A stretch of DNA of 64,000 bases from Candidatus Enterousia sp. (GTDB lineage: Bacteria > Pseudomonadota > Alphaproteobacteria > Rs-D84), in the NCBI GenBank assembly GCA_045613345.1, contig JAZLAT010000005.1:3588-67587 (forward strand), written 5' to 3'. The notes beneath the pieces were generated by a model. It was not told the DNA's origin and searched no databases. It was given only the letters and a program-made list of their open reading frames with translations. The position numbers were made by a program, and so were the translations under genes. Below are positions 53,695 to 63,665 of the stretch, one piece after another; position 1 is the first letter of the stretch; each line of letters starts with the position of its first letter.

Positions 53695-54543
53695 CTATAT
53701 ATTTAACAGCGCATCATAATCAATATCGCAACCATTCGCTGTATCACCCAAGGACTTCAATTCATCGCACAATGCTTTCAGCTCTTTCAAGTCAGATCTA
53801 AAACTCTCATATTGTGTCGAATCGCTTTTTTTCATTGCCAATAATTGCGAACGCAAAAGTTCTTTGCCCGACAAAGATTCTTGACCTTGGACCGCGCCGC
53901 CAATCAATTTATTTCCAAACAATTCCATAGCCCCAACACCAACGGCGGCACCACCGACTGCCCCGCCAACCGTCGCCCAAGTGCGTCCTGCTTTTTTGGC
54001 GTCCAAGATTCGCTTTTCCAACAATGCTTCATCAACCCAAGATCCACATTCTATATTCTGACCCCACCCGAAATACTTACTTGGGATATCGGACAAATCC
54101 ACACGCGAATCGGTCGAACGTAAATCAACTTTGACAAAGCAAATATTATTTTCGGGATTTTCAACATCTTCTTGTAATGTTGCATAACTTGAAGCGTTGC
54201 TGTATTTCGATGCCCAAACAAAAGTATTACCAATACCAATATTATTACCCAGGCACGCCGCACGTTCTGATTCGCGTTTGTCTTTCTCGACATTTTTTTG
54301 CACATTGGAATCGATATTTTGCACTTTGATACTTGGCGACATGCTTTTTTCACTATCTGCAGTCACGAAGATACTTTGGGCCGCCAATTGATTTTTTGAT
54401 GCGACACTGGCACGATTCGTCTGGTCCAATGCAGATGTCGACGCAACCATTGCATTGTTCCGCACAGCCACACGTGGATCACGGTCTGCCGCAAACACTG
54501 CACTGGGCAAAGCCATCAAAGCCAAAACAAAACCGAATTTCAC
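53695..54543 (-). CDS. secreted protein with C-terminal glycine-zipper TM and coiled coil (probable GTG start)
   Basis: GTG at 54543 preceded by AAGGGAGA. Signal peptide (M)KFGFVLALMALPSAVFA. WATVGGAVGGAAVGVGAMELFG, then LKELKALCDELKSL. Confidence 0.55.
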   Translation of the reverse strand: MKFGFVLALMALPSAVFAADRDPRVAVRNNAMVASTSALDQTNRASVASKNQLAAQSIFVTADSEKSMSPSIKVQNIDSNVQKNVEKDKRESERAACLGNNIGIGNTFVWASKYSNASSYATLQEDVENPENNICFVKVDLRSTDSRVDLSDIPSKYFGWGQNIECGSWVDEALLEKRILDAKKAGRTWATVGGAVGGAAVGVGAMELFGNKLIGGAVQGQESLSGKELLRSQLLAMKKSDSTQYESFRSDLKELKALCDELKSLGDTANGCDIDYDALLNI

Positions 54544-54621
54544 AGCAAAATCTCCCTTGCCTATACAGGGTGCATTATACCACAAAATCGGTAAAAAATA
54601 AAGTCTAAAACGAATCGGCGC

Positions 54622-55209
54622 TTATTTTTTCCAACGCCAATTTAATTTCGATTCGGTTCCGCCAACCAAACGTCCAATATTTTCTGAATGCCGCCAAAAG
54701 CACACCAAAGATATCGCAACCATAACCATACCAACCCAAAAACCAATGGCAAATCCGAATATTGGTGCGACCAAGAACACGACCAAGGCCGCCAAAGACG
54801 AATACCCAAATGTAAGCGCGACAACCAACCATTCAATTCCGCACAATATAAATATAACAGGATTGATTGCTAATAATATTCCAAAGAAACAAGACACACC
54901 TTTACCCCCGTGGAATTTTAACCATATTGGGAAACAATGCCCAACGACCGCAAAAAATCCGCACAGCACACCGAAAACATCGCCACCAATCGCGTTTCCG
55001 ATTAAAACCGCTGCAATGGCTTTGGCCATATCCAGAATCCAAACCAAACCCGCCATGCGAAGGCCGCCGACACGCATCACATTTGCGGCGCCGATATTAC
55101 CACTGCCGACTTTTCGCAAATCGCCCCGCCCCATAAGTTTCGTTAAAACCAAACCAAATGGCACCGAACCTAATAAATAAGCAATAATTATTCCCAAAAT
55201 ATATAACAT
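54622..55209 (-). CDS. plsY: glycerol-3-phosphate acyltransferase PlsY
   Basis: 195 aa. GSGNIGAANV motif, multi-TM. Confidence 0.92.
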   Translation of the reverse strand: MLYILGIIIAYLLGSVPFGLVLTKLMGRGDLRKVGSGNIGAANVMRVGGLRMAGLVWILDMAKAIAAVLIGNAIGGDVFGVLCGFFAVVGHCFPIWLKFHGGKGVSCFFGILLAINPVIFILCGIEWLVVALTFGYSSLAALVVFLVAPIFGFAIGFWVGMVMVAISLVCFWRHSENIGRLVGGTESKLNWRWKK

Positions 55210-55282
55210 TATTATTTTCCTTGATTTTCTGTTTGTTTCTTATACAATAACACAATGTTTAAACAAATAAAAGGAAAATAAA

Positions 55283-55543
55283 GTGGCAAACCACAAATCA
55301 TCTAAGAAACGGGTTTTGGTCACCGCGAAGAAAAATGCGGTCAACACCGCACGTCGCAGTGCCGTTAAAACAGAAAACAAGAAAGCATTGACCGCGATTG
55401 CATCTGGTGATAAAGCCGCCGCAATCAAGGCTGTACGCAGTGCGGAAAGCAAAATGATGAAGGCTGCGGGCAAAACGATGCCGAAAAAGCGTGCTTCACG
55501 CAAGGTTTCTCGTTTGACACGCGCCGCCGCCAAAATGGCATAA
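55283..55543 (+). CDS. rpsT: 30S ribosomal protein S20 (GTG start)
   Basis: (M)ANHKSSKKRVLVTAKKNAVNTARRSAVKT, typical S20 N-terminus. Confidence 0.92.
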   Translation: MANHKSSKKRVLVTAKKNAVNTARRSAVKTENKKALTAIASGDKAAAIKAVRSAESKMMKAAGKTMPKKRASRKVSRLTRAAAKMA

Positions 55544-55570
55544 TCGCGACCAAACACGAACAAAAACAAT

Positions 55571-55596
55571 ACGCGCATTTCTGATGCGCGTCTTTG
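55571..55596 (+). terminator. intrinsic terminator after rpsT
   Basis: Stem acgcgcat (55571-55578) / atgcgcgt (55584-55591), followed by ctttgt. Confidence 0.5.
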
Positions 55597-55608
55597 TGTG
55601 CAATAAAC

Positions 55609-55634
55609 AACCGCCACATGGGCGGTTCTTTTTA
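55609..55634. terminator. second hairpin terminator (serves the convergent secretin gene and/or rpsT)
   Basis: Stem aaccgcc (55609-55615) / ggcggtt (55621-55627), followed by cttttt. Confidence 0.55.
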
Positions 55635-55638
55635 ACCT

Positions 55639-57264
55639 TTAATTCAATGGGGCGCCCCAATGTTGTTGGATACTGCGTTCCGCATCCATCGGGCTGACCA
55701 GCACTTGCGGTGTCAAAATCACAACCAACACATCACGTTGAGATGCCGTTTCACGCGACCCCGACAGCGCCATAAAGTCCGGATCACCCAAACCATAACG
55801 AGTATCATTACTGGTCTGTTTTTCAAATCCCGAAAGGACCAACATCTGACCCGATTCCATAATCACTTCTTGCATAAAGCTGCGTTCTTCGACCTCGGGC
55901 AACTGCAAAGTCACTTCGCCGATTGTTTGCGACGCCATCTTTAACAACTCACGCACCGTCATACGGAACAGCAACAAGATTTTGCCATTTTCCAAAACAT
56001 TCGGCAAAAGTTGCATAGAAAACCCAGTTTCCAAATTATCTTGGTCAACGGTACTGGATTCCACGGTTGTAAAGTTACGCGATTCGAATCGTTTGATATA
56101 ACCAGTACTGCGCGTGTTATTCACCGGCGCGATACGATTGTTACGCGTTGTAACACCGACATTCGTCACCAACGAAACCTTGCCTTGTTTCGCCAAAGCC
56201 TGAATCAATGCGGTACTTCCCGCGATGCCCGACAAAGAACCATTGTTGATTTGGTCTTGGGTATATGCACCGGCAACCGTCGAACCGCCTTCTTGGTGTG
56301 TCATCCCAGACACCGCCGACAACGTATTAGACAAAACCGCAATATTTATCGAACTGGCCTCGGGCGATGCAAGATTGTTCTTGGGATTTGCAACAATATT
56401 TAATCCCGACACAGAATTTATCGCCGCCACCAAATTCAAACCAAACGCCGAATCATTAGAAATCGACACCTGTAAGACTTTGACATCAATCGTCACCAAT
56501 TGCGACAGACGCTTGTTTTGCCGTGCAATATAATCACCAACACGATTCAACACCGTTGGTGGCGCGGTCACGGTTATTGTTCCCAAACTGCGCGACACAG
56601 TAAACTTTGCATTATCGGCACTTCCAATAATTGAAGAAATTGTATTTTCAACTTCGTCCCATTCTTTCAATGTTGTTTCCAAATATACTTGGTTTCCGTC
56701 TTCGGTTTGCACCGATGATTGATACGAAACATCTGTTCCCAACGCATACAGTGTAAATGTCTTGGTTTCTGTTTCATAGAACACAATTGCCGTCTTGTCA
56801 TAATACCAGAGCAAATCTAAATCTGTCGCAACCTGGGACAGCAATCCAGACAATTTTCCGGTATATGCGATGCTCATTGTGCGCTTTAATTTTTCGGCTG
56901 CAATTTGGCTGTCTATTTTGACCGGAATATGAGTAATGGAATTGATGTTATTCGCCAACACTTGCAAAGTAACCGGTTCGTTCAACATGATGGTAACCCC
57001 GGTATCAGTCTCATATTGTTTTGGCAAATTATTTTTATGTTCAACAATGGTCGATTTATCGCCCAACCAAACGCCTTCGGACATAGATACGGTATCACTG
57101 CTGGTCACTTTGGCACGCGGATTTTTAGCCATTTCAAACGCATCATACACATTCACAAAATCTTGGTCGACCGCCGCCGCAACACGCGCAGAATCACGAG
57201 TTGCACACCCTGCAACCATACCCACACAAACTAATGCCAATAATATTTTTATATACTTCATCAT
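55639..57264 (-). CDS. lipoprotein secretin (type IVb pilus PilN-like family)
   Basis: Lipobox LVCVGMVAGC. C-terminal secretin-like block ESGQMLVLSGFEKQT...GLGDPDFMALSG...DVLVVILTPQVL. 541 aa. Confidence 0.7.
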   Translation of the reverse strand: MMKYIKILLALVCVGMVAGCATRDSARVAAAVDQDFVNVYDAFEMAKNPRAKVTSSDTVSMSEGVWLGDKSTIVEHKNNLPKQYETDTGVTIMLNEPVTLQVLANNINSITHIPVKIDSQIAAEKLKRTMSIAYTGKLSGLLSQVATDLDLLWYYDKTAIVFYETETKTFTLYALGTDVSYQSSVQTEDGNQVYLETTLKEWDEVENTISSIIGSADNAKFTVSRSLGTITVTAPPTVLNRVGDYIARQNKRLSQLVTIDVKVLQVSISNDSAFGLNLVAAINSVSGLNIVANPKNNLASPEASSINIAVLSNTLSAVSGMTHQEGGSTVAGAYTQDQINNGSLSGIAGSTALIQALAKQGKVSLVTNVGVTTRNNRIAPVNNTRSTGYIKRFESRNFTTVESSTVDQDNLETGFSMQLLPNVLENGKILLLFRMTVRELLKMASQTIGEVTLQLPEVEERSFMQEVIMESGQMLVLSGFEKQTSNDTRYGLGDPDFMALSGSRETASQRDVLVVILTPQVLVSPMDAERSIQQHWGAPLN

Positions 57265-57291
57265 CTTTATTATCTCCCTGGTATATCAAAA

Positions 57292-58236
57292 TTACTCTTC
57301 GGTTGTTGATACGACCAACACACGATTACCCTTATAGAACTTGGCATAAGGAACGGGGATTGCGCGTTCAAAATTCCGCACCACCGCCGAAGCCACATCA
57401 ACAAAACGCCCTTTGAATACTGCACTTGCTTGGATTGGATATTCACGCGAAGTCGCCCAAACCAAATCCCAACCTTCTTTGTCGCACCAAGATTGCAATA
57501 CTTCGCGCAACGTCTGACCACTTGCCACGACCCAAGAACGAACTTGGTCTTGAACTGTATTTGCCGGTTCCGCATCCGCGGAGATATCAACGGCAATTTC
57601 AGTATCAGCAACGACCATCATATCTTCATTGTCGCCACCATTTGCCATACGTTCGACCAACCCGTTACGCGCCAAATAGGCATCATATCCATCGGCATAC
57701 TTTGCACAAGCCCCACGACCGCTGCGCGAAACCGCCAAAACATTTCCGCCATCATCTTCCAAGACTTCACGATGCAAAAGTGGCATTTCTGAACCGCGCG
57801 CACAATCATTATCGAAACCAACCGGAATTTGATTTCCATGCAACATATTCGCACCACCCGACCAACCTTCGCCAGCACGTGCCCCACGATTAAAGTTATT
57901 TTCAACAACTAAATCATCGCCAATTTTTGACACAATGCGAATATTATCAGCCTTTGCCGTCTTGGCACATGCACCACTGTCGCAAGAAACCGTTACATCC
58001 GCATCAGACCCCGCCAATGGCCATGCCGGAACATCAATCTGCATCGGTGGCACATAAGAAATATCTTGGGGAGGTGTTTGATAATAATAATCACTTTGAA
58101 CGGCGGCATTTTCATCCGTATTTGTATACTCGTCATAAAACACTTCGGACGTCACCACTTGGTTCAACCCAGAATCCGCAAAGCAGTATCCCGCCGCGGT
58201 TGCCAGCATAGCAGCAATAAAAATCTTGCGAAACAT
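57292..58236 (-). CDS. secreted protein with C-terminal TcpQ/PilL-like domain
   Basis: Signal peptide. The C-terminal ~80 aa WVVASGQTLREVLQSWCDKEGWDLVWATSREYPIQASAVFKGRFVDVASAVV fits the TcpQ-domain pattern. Ends 27 nt upstream of the secretin gene. Confidence 0.6.
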   Translation of the reverse strand: MFRKIFIAAMLATAAGYCFADSGLNQVVTSEVFYDEYTNTDENAAVQSDYYYQTPPQDISYVPPMQIDVPAWPLAGSDADVTVSCDSGACAKTAKADNIRIVSKIGDDLVVENNFNRGARAGEGWSGGANMLHGNQIPVGFDNDCARGSEMPLLHREVLEDDGGNVLAVSRSGRGACAKYADGYDAYLARNGLVERMANGGDNEDMMVVADTEIAVDISADAEPANTVQDQVRSWVVASGQTLREVLQSWCDKEGWDLVWATSREYPIQASAVFKGRFVDVASAVVRNFERAIPVPYAKFYKGNRVLVVSTTEE

Positions 58237-58419
58237 ATGTATTCCTTTCCTGTATAAATTTTCTTACTTTCTGATATCCATTATAACAATTTGACCGAAT
58301 CTGTGCAAGGGCTAAAAATCATTTTATGAATCTTTTTTAAATTTATTTGCAAGATATTCCAACAAATCGAAAAATTTGTGTTATACTTGCACTGTATAAA
58401 AGCCAAAAAGGAAATAAAA

Positions 58420-58974
58420 ATGAACGACTCTACTCTTCTATTGGTATTCCCAAGCATATTGATAACACTGGTTATAACTGTTCTTGGGCTGGTTATATAT
58501 ATGAATCACCGTATTGGCGCCTTGAATCGTAATGTTTCATATCAATACAGCCTTATTGTAAAAATCCAGAATATTTTAAAGAACAAATCTGCAACAAATG
58601 CTGTTGCCGAACATGCCGAGATGATTTATCAAGACTTGCTTCAAAATCTTATTCCTATTTTGGCAACCTTGGACATCATGCCCCGCGAAACATCCGAACA
58701 CCCACTTTGGCGTGCGCTTGGTGGAATGCTGGATGAATATGCCAAAAATCCATTTGTTATGGAAAAATTGCGGCGCGCGATAAAACTTGATTCTGCAATT
58801 CGGCGCAGTGTTTCAAATTACATGGAACGGGCGGATAATTTATTAAAAAAACTGTCAACAAATGAACCCGATGGGATACTTGCTACAACATTTATAAATG
58901 GTCTGCTTGGGCAATCACTCACCTTTTTCACCCAGGCTTATCAACTTGCAACCACGGATCCAGATAACCAATGA
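58420..58974 (+). CDS. single-TM membrane protein of unknown function, translationally coupled to sufB
   Basis: Start trimmed to MNDSTLLLVFPSILITLVITVLGLVIY (SD AAGGAAA). 4-nt overlap with the sufB start. Confidence 0.55.
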   Translation: MNDSTLLLVFPSILITLVITVLGLVIYMNHRIGALNRNVSYQYSLIVKIQNILKNKSATNAVAEHAEMIYQDLLQNLIPILATLDIMPRETSEHPLWRALGGMLDEYAKNPFVMEKLRRAIKLDSAIRRSVSNYMERADNLLKKLSTNEPDGILATTFINGLLGQSLTFFTQAYQLATTDPDNQ

Positions 58975-60305
58975 CGGGACCATCAGAAAATCTTGTTCGT
59001 GAAATATCAACATCCCGGGGCGAGCCCACATGGCTGACCGAATGGCGAATTTCTGCGCTGCGCGCATGGAAAAAAATGACTGAACCCCATTGGGCAGAAA
59101 TCGATTACACGCCCATAGATTATACAACATTAAATTATTACAATCGCCCCAAACCAATAGATAACAGTGATCTTCGCGAAACATACGAAAAGATGGGGTT
59201 ACCCGAAAGCGAACAACGCGCCCTTTTGGGCATGGCAACCGATACGGTTATCGACAGTGAATCCGTGCACACATCTTACACGGCGGAATTAGCGGCGCGC
59301 GGAATAATATTTTTGCCTTTTTCCGAAGCCGTTAAACAATACCCCGATTTAGTCCGCAAATACCTTGGCACCGTGGTCCCTGCCACAGACAATTTTTTTG
59401 CGGCACTGAATGCGGCGGTATTTTCAGACGGCACATTTGTATATGTTCCACCACATACCGAATGCCCAATTGACTTGGCAAGTTATTTTCGCATAGAAAC
59501 CGCAAAAATCGGTCAATTTGAACGCACACTTATAATTGCAGACGATGGCGCAAAACTTAGTTATATGGAAGGTTGCAGCGCCCCCCGTCGCCCAAATCAT
59601 CAACTGCACAGTGGGGTGGTTGAAATCATTGTCAATGCGGGTGCACACGTCAAATATGCAACCGTTCAAAATTGGTTTGCTGGCGACGCAAAGCCCGACC
59701 AATATAATGACAATGGCATATTAAATTTTGTAACAAAACGCGGCAAGTGCATGGAAAACGCGCGCCTTGATTGGACACAATTCGAAGTTGGTTCGGCGAT
59801 GACATGGAAATATCCATCTACTATTCTTTACGGCGACGGCGCGGCAAGTGATTTTTATTCGCTAAGCATCACACGCAATGGACAACAGGCCGACACAGGG
59901 ACCAAAATGTTGCATATTGGCGACAACACGACATCAAACATATTATCATACGGTGTTGCATTGGATTGGTCACGACAAACATTTCGCAGTCTTGTTCAAT
60001 TCAATGGTCGCGGCGGAAAAAATGCGTCAAAGTGCGACACACGCATAATCGGCGACCGTGCCATCGCAAACGCCCTGCCCGACATAGTATATGAAAACAC
60101 CGACAATGTGCAAACGCACGAAGCAAAAACAGGTGCGATTGACGCGGCACAAATGATGTTCTTGAATATGGCGGGGATCGAAGAAGATACGGCAACCGCA
60201 TTGATTATTGGTTCTATGGCAACGCCGATATTGTCGCGATTGCCCATGGAATTTTTGGTCGAATCAAAGCAACTGATTCAAATGGCACTTTCACATCGGG
60301 GGTAA
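58971..60305 (+). CDS. sufB: Fe-S cluster assembly scaffold SufB
   Basis: FERTLIIADDGAKLSYMEGCSAP (SufB EGC(T/S)AP motif) and C-terminal beta-helix repeats. Confidence 0.9.
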   Translation: MTGPSENLVREISTSRGEPTWLTEWRISALRAWKKMTEPHWAEIDYTPIDYTTLNYYNRPKPIDNSDLRETYEKMGLPESEQRALLGMATDTVIDSESVHTSYTAELAARGIIFLPFSEAVKQYPDLVRKYLGTVVPATDNFFAALNAAVFSDGTFVYVPPHTECPIDLASYFRIETAKIGQFERTLIIADDGAKLSYMEGCSAPRRPNHQLHSGVVEIIVNAGAHVKYATVQNWFAGDAKPDQYNDNGILNFVTKRGKCMENARLDWTQFEVGSAMTWKYPSTILYGDGAASDFYSLSITRNGQQADTGTKMLHIGDNTTSNILSYGVALDWSRQTFRSLVQFNGRGGKNASKCDTRIIGDRAIANALPDIVYENTDNVQTHEAKTGAIDAAQMMFLNMAGIEEDTATALIIGSMATPILSRLPMEFLVESKQLIQMALSHRG

Positions 60306-60308
60306 AAA

Positions 60309-60989
60309 ATGTTATTGGATATAAAAAATTTAAATGTATCTTTTGGCGACAAACAATTATTGCACAACATTAACTTGTCTGTGGAATCTGGGGCACGGCA
60401 CTTGATATCGGGTCACAATGGTTCGGGCAAATCAACACTGGTAAATGTTATTGCCGGAAATCCAGAATATAAAATCGATTCGGGGCAAATAGTTTTTGAC
60501 GGCAACGACATCACAAACGAAAATGCAACAATGCGCGCATTACATGGCATATTTCTTGGTGCACAAAACGTGCCTGAAATTCCGGGTCTGACAATTATCA
60601 GTTTTCTTAAACATTCATTGGCGGCACATCGGCACTTTGAAACGGGCACTGATTTACCAATGGGCGAATTCTTGGAAATCTTGGAATACGCGCGCACAAG
60701 ACTTGATATTCCGCGTGATTGGTTAAATCGTTACGTGAATGTTGGTTTTTCGGGTGGCGAAAGAAAGCGTCTTATGTTATTGCGTCTTATTATGACAATG
60801 CCGAAACTCGCAATTCTTGACGAACCAGATTCCGGCGCAGACACCGCGACCCGCGCACAAATTGCAGAAACAATTCATGCCATGCCAAAAACGACTTTTA
60901 TATTCATCAGCCACCAACCCGAATTCACGGCGGCGGTTAAACCGACACACACAACCACTTTATCAAACGGCGAACTTGTGATAGAATAA
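60309..60989 (+). CDS. sufC: Fe-S cluster assembly ATPase SufC
   Basis: Walker A GHNGSGKST, signature FSGGERKR, Walker B AILDEPDSG. Confidence 0.92.
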   Translation: MLLDIKNLNVSFGDKQLLHNINLSVESGARHLISGHNGSGKSTLVNVIAGNPEYKIDSGQIVFDGNDITNENATMRALHGIFLGAQNVPEIPGLTIISFLKHSLAAHRHFETGTDLPMGEFLEILEYARTRLDIPRDWLNRYVNVGFSGGERKRLMLLRLIMTMPKLAILDEPDSGADTATRAQIAETIHAMPKTTFIFISHQPEFTAAVKPTHTTTLSNGELVIE

Positions 60990-61012
60990 CATATATAAAA
61001 AGGAGAGAGTAT

Positions 61013-62044
61013 ATGAACGGCATTTTACTGTTTGCATTATTTATATTTATATTGTGGATTGGCAGTGCGATTTTTGTGCCATTGTTGATTGCGACATTTC
61101 TTTGGTATTTAATAAACGCAACCGCGACATATTATCGCAAGATGTTTCCCGAAAAATCAAAGTTGCGGCATGGACACATACTTTATGATTTGCTTTCAAA
61201 TATTTTTGCGGTTTTAACTTTTGCGCTTGTTATATATTTCTTTGCGACACGAATCCGCCCAATGTTCGGTGAATTAGTCTTGGCGGTACCACGCATACAG
61301 TCGGGTCTAAATTCTTTATGGGAATATGTATACGATAATTTTGATTTAAATATATCTGCACTAAGTTTGCCAAGCATCACAACCATAGTATCAAATATCG
61401 GTTCATCGATTGCACACCTTGCAACTTCAATGGGAATGGTATTGGTGTATATGATATTTATGTTTGTTGAACAGAGCACTTTTCACAAGAAAATCGCGGC
61501 ATTATTTCCATCAAAATCTTATGGCAAAAAGATAAAATATATATTGACCAGTATCGATGTGAACATGAAAAAATACCTTTTTATGAAGACGCTTGTTTCA
61601 ACGATAACCGGCATAGTATCATACGCATGGATGTATATGTTGGGATTGGAATTTGCCGGTGTGTGGGCATTTGCAATATTTATTTTAAGTTATATTCCAA
61701 CCATCGGTGCAATTGTGGGTTGCACCATGCCAATATTGTTTGCGGCAATCTCAGGTGCCACATTAAATGAAATGATTTTACTGGCGATGGGACTTATCGG
61801 CTTACAAATAGTCTTTGGCAACATTGTTGAACCAAAATTGACCGGCAAGACATTAAATCTTTCGACACTTGCGATTTTGATAAATTTGGTGTTTTGGGGG
61901 TTGATATGGGGCGTCGCCGGAATGTTTTTCAGTGTCCCATTATTGGTCGCAACCTTCATCATCACGGCACAGTTTGATTCTACGCGTTGGATTGCAATAC
62001 TGTTATCCACCGACGGCAAGATTCCCGACAAACGCGAAGATTAA
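61013..62044 (+). CDS. AI-2E (PerM/YhhT) family transporter
   Basis: 343 aa, about 8 TM segments. GNIVEPKLTGKTLNLSTL motif. Confidence 0.85.
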   Translation: MNGILLFALFIFILWIGSAIFVPLLIATFLWYLINATATYYRKMFPEKSKLRHGHILYDLLSNIFAVLTFALVIYFFATRIRPMFGELVLAVPRIQSGLNSLWEYVYDNFDLNISALSLPSITTIVSNIGSSIAHLATSMGMVLVYMIFMFVEQSTFHKKIAALFPSKSYGKKIKYILTSIDVNMKKYLFMKTLVSTITGIVSYAWMYMLGLEFAGVWAFAIFILSYIPTIGAIVGCTMPILFAAISGATLNEMILLAMGLIGLQIVFGNIVEPKLTGKTLNLSTLAILINLVFWGLIWGVAGMFFSVPLLVATFIITAQFDSTRWIAILLSTDGKIPDKRED

Positions 62045-63195
62045 TTCATCGGCAGATAAATATTTGAACTTATCTCTGGACCGGCGATAAATGTTCCAGT
62101 CCCCGCATTGGTAAAGAAAGTCCCCGATACGGTATCATACATGCCTAATTCACCATCACTGTTGCGCCGTGCGGGAATAAAGTCGGCAATAATCGAACCA
62201 TTATTGCTCAATTTTGTGCTATATACACGACCATACATTGGCATATTTACCCCATTGCTACTACGATCATATCCTCCTGCAAAGATATAAAAATGACAGG
62301 TACTTGTAAAATTTATAGAATTTAATTTGCTGGTTATGTTACCCATATGAAATATTCCATCGTTTTTCCAATTTAATGTGGCAGTATAACGTGTTGTTAA
62401 TTCAGTAGTTGTAACATTAAATAGTTCATCCAAACCATAACCAGTCCTATATGCGTAAGCGAATTGAGAAGCCACTCTATCAATAACAAAATTATTTCCC
62501 ACTGCGCCACACAACAATTGTTCTGTACCACTGGTATTTGTATATTGAAAATCTATGGTTACTCCGGTGTTATTTGTTGGTGTAATTCCTGTGTCAATCC
62601 ATTGGGTGCCTGTGCTTTCCAAATATTCCAACCGCGTATAGGTGTTCGGAATCATCAGATTTTGTGTCGGGGCAAAGATATTGAATAATAAACATTTGCT
62701 GGTTGGGTCGTTGGGGTCTTTGCGTTGCGCGCAAGTAAATTCGCTGTTGATTGCGGTTTGTAACGCCGCATTAAATGTTGATGCTTCAACAAGCGAATCT
62801 GTTTGAGTATTATAATCACCCGATGTTTGATAAATTCCCTTGGCCGTGGGTGCGCCCGCAACACCAGTATTCATCAAAACCGTATTCGCCGCAAAGTTCA
62901 ATTCATCTTGTTTGTTTGCAACTTTTGTATTCACACCGCCAACCGTCGGTAAAGTCGTGGCACTTGTATTCGTTTCCGCACCCAAATCGCCCGTAATTGC
63001 ACGCGAACCAACCGCACCATCGGTTGAACCACTGTAAGTCATCGCGGTATCGGCACCCAATTTGTTGAATTTATCTTGTCGCGTTTCCAATTCTTCTGCA
63101 ACATAGCCCACGGATGTCGCAATTTGTGTTTCATTTTCCGCATAAGCGGTTGCGATACCCAACACACACATAATTGCGATTATAATTTTTCGCAT
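62041..63195 (-). CDS. secreted surface protein, paralog of 16913-17842
   Basis: Signal peptide MRKIIIAIMCVLGIATAYA. INSEFTCAQRKDPNDPTSKCLLF Cys loop. YTRLEYLESTGTQWIDTG ... FIPARRNSDGELGMYDTVSGTFFTNAGTGTFIAGP. Confidence 0.7.
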   Translation of the reverse strand: MRKIIIAIMCVLGIATAYAENETQIATSVGYVAEELETRQDKFNKLGADTAMTYSGSTDGAVGSRAITGDLGAETNTSATTLPTVGGVNTKVANKQDELNFAANTVLMNTGVAGAPTAKGIYQTSGDYNTQTDSLVEASTFNAALQTAINSEFTCAQRKDPNDPTSKCLLFNIFAPTQNLMIPNTYTRLEYLESTGTQWIDTGITPTNNTGVTIDFQYTNTSGTEQLLCGAVGNNFVIDRVASQFAYAYRTGYGLDELFNVTTTELTTRYTATLNWKNDGIFHMGNITSKLNSINFTSTCHFYIFAGGYDRSSNGVNMPMYGRVYSTKLSNNGSIIADFIPARRNSDGELGMYDTVSGTFFTNAGTGTFIAGPEISSNIYLPMN

Positions 63196-63365
63196 ACTTT
63201 TTCTCCCTTTGCTGTTTTAGGTTCTGTCTTTATTACTTCTGATACTATCATTGCGAATTTAGTCCGGAATGACAGTTTCTGGAATAATCTCTTTATCTCT
63301 AACATTTCCTCTCATTTTGCTTCACACTGGATACCAATTTATTCAAGAATTTCCCTATGGAAAAG

Positions 63366-63393
63366 TGTATAAAAAACCAAGGTTAAAAGTCAA
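63366..63393 (-). promoter_or_regulatory. candidate promoter giving a ~165-nt leader for the gene at 63195
   Basis: On the minus strand: TTGACT (63388-63393), 16-nt spacer, TATACA (63366-63371). Confidence 0.35.
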
Positions 63394-63580
63394 CCACTTT
63401 TTTCAATATTTAAAAAAACAAATTTTATCAATAAAAACAATACACAAACCGTAAATAGTGGATTTCAAAAACAAGGCGGTATAAAAACCTTGGTTTAATT
63501 TAGACCACTTTATATGCCTCAAAAACGTACCAAATGCCCGTCCATCGTGGAAATTCTTTGAAATATTATCATATACAGGA

Positions 63581-63610
63581 ACAAAAACAACGGGCAACAG
63601 ATGTTGCCCG
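63581..63610 (-). terminator. intrinsic terminator after dnaN
   Basis: Stem cgggcaac (63591-63598) / gttgcccg (63603-63610), with a U-rich tract on the minus transcript. Confidence 0.65.
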
Positions 63611-63665
63611 CACTAACCCTTGTTCCACGAAGCCTTGGCGAAGTGGAAACCAACCACTAACACTA
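63611..63665 (-). repeat. GTTAGTG-family element overlapping the dnaN stop codon
   Basis: cactaac (63611-63617), hairpin gttccac / gtggaaac (63622-63650) and ccactaacacta (63654-63665). The dnaN TAG (63663-63665) lies inside the last unit. Confidence 0.75.
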
